In this document: positions 26,535-39,084 of the stretch, one piece after another
How the letters are laid out: each line of letters begins with the position of its first letter
Numbering within the stretch: the stretch's first letter is position 1
Source of the DNA: Neocallimastix sp. 'constans'
Lineage: Eukaryota
Assembly (NCBI GenBank): GCA_050613775.1
Contig: JBODTK010000014.1
Span: 310,001 to 374,000 of the forward strand
DNA length: 64,000 nt
Direction of reading: 5' to 3'
Made by a program: the position numbers and the translations under genes
The notes under the pieces: model-generated
What the model was told of the DNA's origin: nothing
Databases searched by the model: none
Seen by the model: only the letters and a program-made list of their open reading frames with translations

Positions 26535-27420
26535 ATGAATATAGAAAAAGAAAACAATACTGAATTATTTTTTAAAGAATTAAAGAGTAAAACATGTAAC
26601 CCTGAAATATTATATAATCTTTCTTTAAAGGGAATATATTTATATAAACCTTTATATTTATATAAAAGAATAAAATATCATGAGTATGTAGTAGATATAA
26701 GTTTTACCAATCAATATGAGACCATCTATTCTAGATTCTAGCAACACTACGATTCATAATAACGTAACAACATTATATCAACGTGTATTAGATCTCAACT
26801 ACCAATATCAAAATGGAAATTTAATTAAGTCTGTCTATATTGTACGTGCGTATAATTTATACAAGAAAATTTTAGGTATTCGTAGTAAAAACGATTCGGT
26901 TGAGGATGCTAATAGAAATTATATTAAACAGATGTTATCAGGAAAAAATGGTATTTTCCGAAGTATGTGTTTAGCTAAGCGTCAAAATTTTTGTCTTCGA
27001 AGTGTTATCGTGCCAAATATTGATATCCCTTTAGATGTAGTATTAATTCCTAAAGTCTTTACTGATTCCTTAATTCCTTATGGGTATAAAACCAATGACT
27101 TTGTTATCATCAATAGACAACCTACACTTCAAACTACTTCAATCTTAGCCGTTCATTCTCGTCCAAGTAACTGTCGAACCATTCAGATCAATCCACTTAT
27201 TGCTAATGTCTTTCAAGCTGATTTTGACGGTGATGAAATGAACATTTTTTTGGTTACCGGGTGAAGAAGCTAAAGAAGAGTTGGCCACAAAATTAAATAT
27301 TGCAAATAATATCCGGTCATTTAAAAATGCTTCCATTATGATCAAATTTATACAAAATACTTGAACCGGAATTTATAATATGGCACGTAATAAAGAAATT
27401 ATTGATATTGATATTTAAAA
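26535..27420 (+). pseudogene. DNA-directed RNA polymerase largest subunit (RPB1/beta-prime-like), compact, frameshifted and 3'-truncated
   Basis: Motifs in canonical order: LPINMRPS, LSGKNGIFRSMCLAKRQNFCLRSVIVP, VIINRQPTLQ, INPLIANVFQADFDGDEMNIF, then after a frameshift PGEEAKEE..IQNT*TGIYNM (equivalent to QDTLTG). Frameshifts at ~26700 and ~27250. Confidence 0.9.
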
Positions 27421-27439
27421 CTTTGTCTTTATTGTTGAA

Positions 27440-28495
27440 ATATCGAGTATAATAATTACCAAATAATTTATTATAATTTATCTTTATTGGAATGTTAAAG
27501 TGGAGATCGCTTCCGATCATGACCTCATTGTGAAAATTGATATAAAGAAAATATAAATATTTGACTATTATTTTGATCGTTGAATACATATACCATTGTA
27601 CCTCTTGAAATTGGATAGTTTCATTAAAAGTTTTCCATTTATTATATAAATTCATAACGAAAGATGTTCTTATATATATCAAGAGTATAAATTACCTTTT
27701 CTGCTAAAGACATTACATTAATACTTTCATTCGTATATATATTGAAAAATAGATTGTATTTGAGAAGCATCATATCAAATAATTGAAAATTTATACTGAT
27801 AGGGTAGTTAAACGTTACTTTTAAGGGATCACATTCAATAAAAACATCATCAGGAGAAATATTAAAGGAAGATAAGATTTTCAAAACGATATCATGCGAC
27901 TCTTTTACGGTAAAAGTTATTTTACTTTCAGTTATCAATATATTATCATGGCATAATTTTATAAGGATATAATTTTCCTTACTTTCAATACTTTTTAAAA
28001 TTGAATTATCATCATTCATTAGTCCTTGTTCATAAAGATATGTTTTATTGAAATAATCATTATAATAGTGTAAGTAAGTTAACCCTCCAATATTACAAAT
28101 AATATATTGTGCAGTTTCTGATAAATCTAATTTTATCAACTCCTTATAAACTATTTTAAAGCGTTGAATTGGAATATCAATAGTGACGTAAAACAAAGTT
28201 TTATAGTTGTATCATTCAAGTAATATTTATATTTTATACGTTTATTGTTAACAATACTTTCTAATCTATCAATTAACATAAACATTATTTTTTGTTGATA
28301 ATCAATATTACTAATATCTATATCTTTATTATCTATACATTTAATGATATACCTATCTTTTGATAACTGATTACAATCAATGATATTTATACCCTCGAAA
28401 AAATAATAAATTTTACCATTTATATGTATTTCCAATTGTAGAGGAACTGAATGATAATTTACTAAAATACTACGGATAAGATTTATAACATTCAT
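27440..28495 (-). pseudogene. Frameshifted ORF, possible N-terminal part of an NCLDV early transcription factor large subunit (VETF-L/A7-like)
   Basis: Three overlapping minus ORFs (28151-28495, 27642-28196, 27317-27682) join through frameshifts. Segments FNYP..FDMMLLKYNLFFNIYTNES, IIVKYLYFLY and KLFGNYYTR resemble, from memory, VETF-L blocks ending in LF..Y[ST]R.CQ. Not verified by search. Confidence 0.4.
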
Positions 28496-28995
28496 AATTT
28501 TTTATACTCAATATAAAAATATAATTTTTACCTATAAAAAAGATAATAATATTTCTTGTTTTGTTATTTTAAATCGTACTTAGAGTAAATTTTTTATCAT
28601 TTTAAAAATCAACTATGAATTATTATATTTAAATAGATATATAATTATTTTTTTTTTTTTGTTGAATTTTATTATTTTTGATTTTTTTTTATTTCATTAT
28701 TAAATTTGACAAGGCTATTTTTATTTAAGTACTACAAATATTTTAGAAAAATTTTTATAATATTTTTTTTTCTAAAATGAATTTTAAAAAATTTAAAAAT
28801 TTGTTAAAATCTAAATCAAATTTATAACTAAATTTTGGAGAAAAAAAATATTAAGAAATATTCTTTTTAAAAACTTTAAATAGATATAACAAATAAATAA
28901 TAGAAAGTAAATTAATAAATTAAATAAATAAATAAATAAAAATAAATAAATAAAAATAAATAAATTAATTTAAATAGATTAAAGATTAATATAAT

Positions 28996-29247
28996 ATGGA
29001 TAATATTTCGATGAAAGCATTGGATAAATTTTTTAAAGAATCATCCTTATTTAGTGAAGATAGGTTAAGAGAGAAAAATAAATTACCAGTATTAGATGAT
29101 GAAAAAAAGGAAATAAAAAAAAATTCTATATGTTGTAAAAGATGTAATAATAATAAATATATTGAGTTGAGACGTTTATAAATTCGTAGATGTGATGAAG
29201 AGGCCACTATAGTATATTATTGTTCAAACTGTAAAAGAGTTATTTAA
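28996..29247 (+). pseudogene. TFIIS/Rpb9-type C-terminal Zn-ribbon transcription factor (83 codons, one premature stop)
   Basis: Reading through TAA at 29179-29181 gives CKRC-NNNKYIELRRL-(Q>*)IRRCDEEATIVYY-CSNC: a CxxC..QxRxxDE..CxxC ribbon. A CAA>TAA change explains the stop. Confidence 0.8.
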
Positions 29248-29831
29248 AACTTTTATTTAATTTATAATTTTTTAATAATATTTAGATTTAAATAATTTAT
29301 TAATTTTAAATATTTAATAAATATTATTTAAATATAATTCATTAGATATATGTCCAATTAAAAATATGGAATTTTATATTCAATTCAACTTTTATAAAAT
29401 ATTAAAATTATAATTTTGGTTTAAAAAAAAAAAAAATATGAATAATTTTAATGTTCACTTAAATTATTTTTTTTGAAATTATTATACAATATTATAATAT
29501 TACTAATTAATTATAAATATTCGTTTATATGAAATGAAATGAATTTAATATAAGAAAATATGTATATTATAATATAAATTTGTAAATATTTTAATTTTTT
29601 TTTAAAAAATAATAAAATATAATAATAAAATTAATAGTTTATAGTGATTAGGGGTTCATACAAAAAAGAAAAAAATTTGACATAAATAATATATTTTAAC
29701 CATTTCTTAATTTGTTTAAAATGAAAAATTAAATTAAAAATTTAGTAGTAAATTACTCATTAACGTATATAAATTTAATTGAAATTTTTTAAATACAATA
29801 ATTAATGTATTAAAAAGTATTAAAATTTAAA

Positions 29832-30684
29832 ATGCAAAAAAAAGAATTTTAAAAGTTCGGAACAACTTGTCAAGTCGATAAACTCTTCTAATAAATCTAG
29901 TACTTCAAGAATAGATTATTATAATCGTATCTTATCATCATCATGCAGTACAGATATAATATTTCAAAGAATGATATCTACTATAAATTTTAAGGAAGTT
30001 ATACCTTTACCTAAAAATAATAGTATGTTTCGATTTGTTATCAAATGTTTCAATAATACCAATAATGTAATTTTAGGACCTTTAAAAATTAGTTCTGGTA
30101 TTACGTTAACGGATTTACCCTCTTTATCTATTCCAATGTCTCATTACCATCTTAATAAAAACAATTTTGTACAAGATAATTTTATTCATCGAATTTCCGA
30201 AAACGAAACTGAACCAATGAAAAAATTTATTGAACGACTTCGATTTATCGATTCTCGTATGCAAATGCTAATTTCGGATTATATTAGACATATCGATGAA
30301 TCTTCTCCTATTTATAACATGTTAAAAAAGAATAATGTAACATTTAATCAAAATTGGATCTTTACTGGTATTATAAATAAAGGAAATAATAATACCGAAT
30401 ATATTAATATTCGTTACTTTAAAGATTCATTTAAAGGCAAAAAAAAGATTGGTACTAATGTTTATTGTGAAGATGATTATTTGGATGAGATGGCAGATCT
30501 TCTTTCTAGAGACACGTTTTGTTATATTAATGGAAATATTTATCCATTGATAAAAGTAAATTATATTATTATTAATGAACGTATTGTTAATAATATACCA
30601 ATGGTCAATTTTACATGTAAAGCTTACTTTGTAGATATAAACTTTATACCAAATTCAATTCATTGTAGTACTAAAAGATTATAA
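29832..30684 (+). CDS. Intronless viral-like protein, possibly an OB-fold single-stranded DNA-binding protein; 237-aa intact frame from 29971, probable original ATG at 29832 separated by a frameshift
   Basis: Beta-rich C-terminal half (IYPLIKVNYIII..VNFTCKAYFVDINFIP) resembles the pattern of T7 gp2.5-like SSBs of NCLDVs, and it lies in the viral cluster. Function is inference. Confidence 0.35.
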
Positions 30685-31379
30685 ATATATATGTATATAT
30701 ATATATATATTTATATGTTTATAGTAAAAATTTGACAATTTTAATGTTATAATTTCATTGAAATATACTTTAGTAATAACATAATTAAAATTATTAATAA
30801 TAATAATTTTATATTTTTTTTCCTAGTCTAAAAGAAAAAATCAATGTTAAATTATGGTACTTTTTTATAATCCTGTAGGAATGGATTCATTCCACTTCAT
30901 GTTTTTTTTATTTTTCAATTTTTTAATATACTTTTGATATTAATTATCCTTTACACCTTTTTTTTTATAAATATTTTTATTTCTTCACCAATAATTATTA
31001 TATGATAATGTATTTTTAGATTACCTATGTTGGGACGTACTCGATCTTTCCTTATTTTTATAATAAGGTGGTAATTTTGCCTACAAGGGGAATTAACTCT
31101 AAATGTAAAAAAAAAATGATTCCTTTGCACTAGGAAATAGTACATTGGTATTGAAATAATTTAAAAAAAAGAATTTATATTTATATAACTTGTTTTGTAT
31201 AAGGAATTTTTTTGAAAAATTAGAAAACTTGTTTTTTTTTTTTTTTTTTTTAAAGATAATTTTGGATAATAATATATATATAATTTTAAAAAAAAAATAA
31301 TTCTAACTTCTATATAATTATATATATATGTATTTTTATTATTATATGCTAATTATTTAATACATTTTCATAAATTTTT

Positions 31380-31990
31380 ACTTTTAAAGCATAAAGATCT
31401 TAAACTCTCTACTGAAGTTAGCTGGAAATTTTTGTAGAAATTCATTTAAAAAAAAAAAAAACAGAAATAATTTAAACAATTTTCCAAGTCAACGTCTAAT
31501 ATGTTACTTCTTTTTGGAATCAAAATCAACCAATTGGTAACATTTATTTTACCTCAAAATAGATGGCCTGATGCTCGTTCAAAAACTTTCTCTGAACTTA
31601 ATCAATGGTTGAAAAGTCATACTAATAATAACTCTCCTACGGTTCTTGTTGGAGACTTCAATATGCCCTTTGAAAAAAAAAAACTTAAGAAATACATTTT
31701 TCAATACATTTTTTATGACTGGACGATTACAAAGCTAATCTATCTGATGATAATATTACCTTTATGCCAAAGGTTCAAAGTCTTTCATGTTTCATGCATT
31801 GATCACATAATTTATAATAAAAAAAAAACTATAATAGGCTTAATAAAAATTATTTATTTACAATTCATTTAAATTATTCTCAGAACTAATAAAATTCTTT
31901 TCCATATTATTTAAAAAAATAAAAAATAAAAAAAAAAATTAAAGGATTTATTAAATATACTCTTCTACTTTTAGCTCTGACATAAAAAAA
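31380..31990 (+). mobile_element. LINE apurinic-endonuclease (EEP) domain remnant
   Basis: IGNIY/LPQ (frameshifted), TVLVGDFNMP, SCIDHII and SDH (~31975) motifs in order. Confidence 0.72.
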
Positions 31991-32131
31991 AAAAAAAAAA
32001 AAAAAAAAGAAAAAAAAAACTATGATGAATATTCTAATCCTTTAAATTTTTAATTAATAAACAAGAGGCCTATATTATTAATGTGTTGGATTATTTCATT
32101 ATATGAAATAAATAAAAAAAAAGGATTTTTT

Positions 32132-32168
<37 letters not shown>

Positions 32169-33005
32169 ATTTTTACGTTTTAATTCTTACTATGACTTTT
32201 ATAATATCAAGAAAAAGAAAATTAAATTTAGAAATGTTCAACGACTATAATTGATGTTACTTATATTATCTTATTTTAATTAATTATCAAGATTTGTAAT
32301 ATTTATAAATATATATTTATATATACATATATATTCAATTATTATATTCAATATTTTTATTTTAAATGCTTGAAACCAATTAACTTTGTTCCTTCTTTCT
32401 ATGAAAATTTGCACATTGATAATATTTTTAATAGATGGGATCATTCAAACTTTTATAATGGTTTTATTGAAAAAAAAAAAAAAAAAAAAAAAAAAAAGAT
32501 ATTTAAAAAAAGGCATCAAAAATAACTTTTTCACTAATAACTAAAGATAATTGAAAATGTTTTCTATTATAATAAAGGCGATAGTAAAAGACTTATCAAT
32601 AGTAATATATTATATAGCCTAATTTATCTCTAACTTTGATAAAACTACGATGAATCATTTGGGTTAAATTTTCATAATTTTATAATAAATATGATATAGC
32701 TATTTTGATTGTTAATAAAATATTAACTTTAATTAATATTGTGTTATAATTATTATGATAATAATAAATTTTAATTAATAATAAATTATAAATAATAATA
32801 AATTTATTATTTAATAATAAGGACGTAAGATAATATAACTATATATGTTTTACTTTTATGATAAAAAAAAAAGCAAAACATATAACTAATTATATGTTAC
32901 AAATGAATTATTAAATTTTAGTATTTATTGTATTACTAATTCTTTTAACCATTATTAGTATATATTTATATTTTTTTAAAATTTTCACTGTAACTTTATA
33001 TACCT

Positions 33006-33046
<41 letters not shown>

Positions 33047-33969
33047 GATAAAGAAATTTTTAAATGAGCTTTCTAAAAAAAAAATTTTTTTTTATGTGAT
33101 ATTTTTAAAGTTACACAAAAAATAAACAAAAAAAATAAATAATTTAAATCTCCTTTTTTTCCAAGAATAAAATTATAAAAATTTTTCTTATTAAAATTTT
33201 TTTATTAAATCTTAAAAATAAAAAAAAAAAAAAAGAGAAAATTTTGGATTATTTATATAAAAAAAAAAAAAAAAGAATATAAAGTATTCTTCATATATAT
33301 TATAAATATAATGTTTTCTATATTGAATTAATTATTTATATAAATGTAAATATATTATATTTACATTTATCATATATACAATATATTATTTTTATATATT
33401 CTTTAAATTTTTATAATTTTATATTTTTTAAATTTTTTATATAAAAAAATAAATAAATATAAAAAATAAATAAATATAAAAATAAAAAAATTAAATATTA
33501 AAATAAATAAATATAAAAATAAAATAAAATAATTTGTAATAGTAATAATTAATAACATAATAATTAAATAATAATATGAAATTATAATAAATATTTAATA
33601 AATTATAAACTTTTTTTTTTTTTTTTTACTTGTAAAATTTAAAAACAAAAAAAAAAAATTTTTTTTTTCTTTTTTTATTTATGTTAATAAAATTATTTAA
33701 TTCATATTTTAATTGATATCGTTAAATAGATTTATTAATAAATTAATTATTAATAGTTCAATGATAGTATAAAGATTATTGTCATTTTAATACTTCATTG
33801 AAGATTCAAAAGTATAATTAGAGTAAACTATTTTTTAGGAGAGAAAATTAAAGTTTATCTATTTAATGAAAATTGAATTTAAAATTTTATATTTTAAAAG
33901 AAATAAACATTTAATATTATATATTTATAATTTATTATACCAAGTATATTGTAAGTTAAATTAAGAAAT

Positions 33970-33996
<27 letters not shown>

Positions 33997-34000
<4 letters not shown>

Positions 34001-35088
34001 AAGAAGACTTTGAAGAAAAGCAGAAAATATATAAACAAATAAGAAAATTATTAATTCATGGAGTTAATTTAATTGTATTGAAAGAAATCATAGAAAAAAA
34101 TAATATTACACCAAAAGATTTTAGAGATTTTAGTGAACTTCTTGGAATTGCAATTAAATTTAACGCTTCCCTCGATATCATAGAATATTTTATTAACCAT
34201 AGAAAAGGTAAAACATTAAATTTTAATGTAAAAGTTCCTAAAGCGGGAGGTAGATATATAATAATGACCCCTTTAATGATTGCCGTTGCCAATAATAAAT
34301 TCAAAATGGCCAATTTTTTAATTAAAAAGGGTGCTAATATCAACTATGGTATTATAAAAAATGTTAAATATTATTCTATTATTGACATTCTATTTGAATC
34401 AAAGGATCTCAATAAAAAGAATTTAAAATATATATTAAAAAATGGATTTAGTTTGAAACGAATCACCGAAGACTTAATCTTTGAAATCATTCATTCTGAT
34501 AGTTCTTCCCTCTTAAAGATTATATTGGAATACTGGAAATTTGATAATTTTTTTATTTTAAATTTATTAACTTTATATAAAAATGGTGAAAAAGTGTCCA
34601 AAACTCAATTCCAGAATTTAATTGCAAAAGAAGACAATAAAATTCCAATTATTGAGGATATGTATCTGGATGCTATTTATGAAAAAGATATTGATGTTTT
34701 GGAAACCCTTTTCATGAATGACTGTTGTAACAAAGAACGTGTCATAAAAAGAATAATTAAATATAATTTATTGGAAATATCAGTGGCAAGTGCCAACCGT
34801 CACTTCATTTTTAAAATATTACATTTTACCCCATTAACTTACCGAAATGTAAACTATATCAATATTCTCTCGGACCTCATTATTGATACATTTGATGACT
34901 GGAGAAAGGGAAAACAGGATTTTATCAAATATGTTATTCAATTATTTATTTATCGTTCTTCAAGATATGATTCTCATGATCATCACATTGAAACACAAAA
35001 TAGTAGCACTAACGCAATTCTGTATCAAAATAAAAATAATCATTTTAATAAAAACATTAATTTAAATAAAAATAACTGTAAATCTTTA

Positions 35089-35167
<79 letters not shown>

Positions 35168-36729
35168 GCGTTAATAAAAGAAGTCCATGGATGAGAACGT
35201 CCTTACACGGATTCACTTACGATATTCGATATTTAAATTTAATGATAAATATTGCTATAAAAGTTGGTTGTTTTCCAATGATTGAATATTTAATTGATAG
35301 TAAAGATTTTAAATTATCAGTAGAAGATATAAATACTCGTGATATTAACGGGGAACTATTAATCATTTCTGCATTTTATAATGAAAAATTAGAAATATTT
35401 AACTATCTTTTAGATCATGGGGCCGATTCAAATGCTACTAATAAAAATGGTGTCCCATTACTCTCTTTAGCTATTCATAAAAATGATGTTGAAGTTATTA
35501 AATCATTATTAAATAATCATGTAAATATATATAACCTAGATACCAATGGTATATCTCCATTTATGAAAGCTGTCAATAAAAATTATTCTGATATTGTTGA
35601 ATTGTTTACTGCCTATGGAAATAAAAATCATATTAATATATTAATGGATGAAATGAACACTGATTCCTCAACTATACTACAAGAAGATGCTACTCTGAAT
35701 GATATCATGAATAATGATAATAAAATAAATGATCATTCCATCAATGAGGAGAATAGTGATATTACTTTAATTAATAATAACCCACTCCCTCCTAATCCTC
35801 GTAATGTTTTTAATGGAAATTCACCATTGATAAAAGCCATTAAACGTAATAATTTTGAAATGGTATACTCCCTCTTAAAATATTGTAAAAGTAATCATGT
35901 TAATTTAAATATTGTTGATGTTTATGGTAATACCCCTTTAATTATTTGTTATATGAGAGGTTATGAGGAAATCTTTAGAATTTTAGTAGAATATGTAGAT
36001 ATTAATCAAAGAGATATTCAAGGCAATACCATTCTTCATTATGCAGTAGAGAAAAAGGATTTGAAGACAATAAAATGTTTATTAAGTGTCGGGGCCGATG
36101 TCAATGCATTAAATAAATTAGGAGTTACCGTATTAGATCGTGCCATTTCTAAAGGAGAATATAACATCGTAAAATATTTATTGTTAAATGACAGTATTAA
36201 TGTAAATCAAAGAAATAAGAATTGGGAAATTCCATTAATTACCGTGATTAATGATAGTCATTATAGTCAGGTGGAGAAGGAATGTATTGTCGAAAAATTG
36301 ATTGAAAAGGGAACCAATATTAATTTAGTGGATAAAAACAATAAATTCGCTCTATTTTATGCCATTCAAAATAACAATTTTGTAATCGTTAGAATTCTTT
36401 TAGAAAATGGAGCCACTCTCAACATCAAAGATCCATCCACACGTGATCTCATCTGTAATATTCAAAACCAAAATATCGTTAGAATTTTATATAACTATGG
36501 CTTAGAACTCTACAATGCCGATAATATCAATTTTGAAACTTTGAAAAGATTAATTCATCTGAACAATACCCATCTTTTTAAATTAATATTAGATAATAAT
36601 ATCAATATTGATATTAATATGAAAGATAGTAAAAGTGGAAAAACTTTACTTCAGGAAGCCAACAAATATGCACGAATAGAAATTTCCGATTATTTAATAC
36701 AACGAGGAGCTGAAACATCAGTAAATTAA
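33997..36729 (+). CDS. Ankyrin-repeat protein, 910 aa, intronless, with a poly-Asn tract
   Basis: Many ankyrin units (TPLMIAV..LIKKGANIN, GNTILHYAV..LLSVGADVN, GKTLLQEA..LIQRGA); (AAT)n at ~35089-35166 encodes poly-N. Confidence 0.92.
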
Positions 36730-37212
36730 TAATTCAATTGTTTTTTTAAAAAATATATATATATATATATATTTATTTATATATTTGTTTATATATTTAT
36801 TTTACATATTAATTAATTTTATTATTATTATTATTATTTAATTATTTATATATTTATTTTATATATTAATAAAAAAAAAAAATTTTTTTTTCATCCTATT
36901 GTATATATATATATATATTTTTTTTTTCATTTTTTTAATGAATAAGGAAAAAAAAAGCAACAACACCAATATAATAATTATATAATATTTTTTTTTTGTT
37001 TAATAAGAATTCAAAGGATTTCATCATATCAAAAAGAAATAAGAATAAGGGATTTTTTTTTTTTTTTATTCAAAAGATTATTTTATCATTGATCCTTCTT
37101 TATATATAATAACAACAATAATAATTAGAATTTGAAAGATTTCATTTCAAAATCAATATCAAAATATAAACGTTCATAATTATTAATCATATCAATAAGA
37201 AATAGAAATAAG

Positions 37213-37250
<38 letters not shown>

Positions 37251-37917
37251 TTTATTTTTCATTTATTATTTTAATTTTAAAATAACTATCTTTTTTTTGT
37301 TTTCACTTTTTTTTTCATTTTTCATTTTTATATTTATTTTTATTTTTTTTATTTTATTTTTTTTTTTTTTTTTTTATAAATAAAAAAAAAATATAGAGAA
37401 AAAAATTTGTAATTAAGTGGCTAAGTAAAAGTATTTTATTTCATTTCATTTTATTTTATTTTATTTTTTTTTAAAAAAAAATTACAACAAAAGAAAATTT
37501 AAAAAATAAAATTTAAAAAAAAAAACTTAAAAAAATAAAATTTAAAAAATAAATACATATAAACAAAAAAAAAAAAAAATAGTAATAGAAAGTTATTATA
37601 TTTAATAAAGATAAAAAATAAAAAAATTTTTTAAAGTCTTAAATATTATTAATGAAACCCGTAAAGAACAAAATGTTAATGATATGATGATCATCTTTTA
37701 CTGCTGAATGACTTCTCATAAACCAATTGAATTCTTTCCCTCTCCAATGAATATAATAATTCGGTATTTAAATATCCCATATTTATATAATCATATAACA
37801 AGATCTCTATTTTATACAGCATTATCCTTCCTCTTTTCCAGAGAAAAAAAAATTCAAAATAATTTTTATTCATTAATTAATATTAATGAAATAGTATTCA
37901 TAGAAATTCGCATTATA

Positions 37918-37951
<34 letters not shown>

Positions 37952-38807
37952 TTTTTTTGACATTATAAAGTAGGTATAGAAAAAACTATGTTATAATTTC
38001 AATTGATTTCAAGATATTTCAAAATTCCTTTTCCATTCAATAACTATAATATTAAAAATAAGAATAAAAATCTTTTTTTTTTTTTTTTTTTTTTAGTATT
38101 CTTAATAATTATTCCTTCAAAAAAAATTGAAGAGTTATTTATTTTAATTATTATGGATTCATACATTGAATAATTATTATTTTATATATATATTTATTTA
38201 TTTAATTCATAAAGAGAATGAAGATAAAACAAAAACAAATAAAATTTTCTGTAAATATTTTTCTTAAAAAAAAAAAAAAAAGCAAAATATATAACAGTTG
38301 ATTAAAAATATAATAGAAAATATATAGAATGTAATATAAGAAATAAATCCTAATATATTATTGTATATTATTATTATAAGTTGTATATATTATTAACAAA
38401 TTTTTAATTAATTTTAAATTTTTTTTTTTTTTTTTTTTTTTATCAAAAAATGAATTATCAATAATTTAATAATTAATCCTTGATTTATTATTAATATATA
38501 TTATTAATATATATTATTATTATTATTATTATTCATTTTATTACATTTTATTTTTATTTTTATTCCTATTTAAAATAAAAAAAAATTTTTAAAATTTTTA
38601 GAAATTTTGAAATTTTGAAATTTAGAAATTTAGAAATTTCAATTTCTTTTAATAAGAAAAAAAAAAAAAATTAATTCCATTATTTTTTAATTATTTAATT
38701 TATTTATTTTTAAATAATATAATATAAATCTAAGTTCATACAACATATTCATTTACATATACAAAAAAAAAAAAAAAAAAAAGTAAAAAAGTAAAAAAAA
38801 AAAAAAA

Positions 38808-38984
38808 ATGAATAATATATTAAACGCCAACCCAAAAGTCTATGAAGTATCTAAAAAAATAAAGATATCCGACATTGATTTTGATATCAATGAACAAGAT
38901 GAAACGAGAGAACCTATCGATAATGAAGAAATTTTTGGTATATATAATAATATGTCATTATTTATTTATATTTATTTTAATGTC

Positions 38985-39015
<31 letters not shown>

Positions 39016-39045
39016 TTAATAAGATTAATATATATAATAGATTTT

Positions 39046-39084
<39 letters not shown>

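Larger units (their letters stand above)
23150..30740. mobile_element. Endogenous viral element (large dsDNA virus, Nucleocytoviricota-like), pseudogenised
   Basis: Closely packed, intronless, frameshifted ORFs on both strands, unlike the intron-rich host genes. They include a divergent multisubunit RNAP catalytic subunit and a TFIIS-like Zn ribbon. Boundaries are approximate. Confidence 0.72.

Noticed and set aside
26716..27264. Host RPB1/RPA1/RPC1 gene or bacterial rpoC contamination
   Set aside because: Intronless, highly divergent and missing conserved domains; NRQP and GDEMN are archaeo-eukaryotic/viral-type, not the bacterial NRAP and GDQM.
37684..37760. Possible C/D-box snoRNA (ATGATGA...CTGA)
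   Set aside because: No terminal stem or recognisable rRNA guide; such short motifs arise by chance here.
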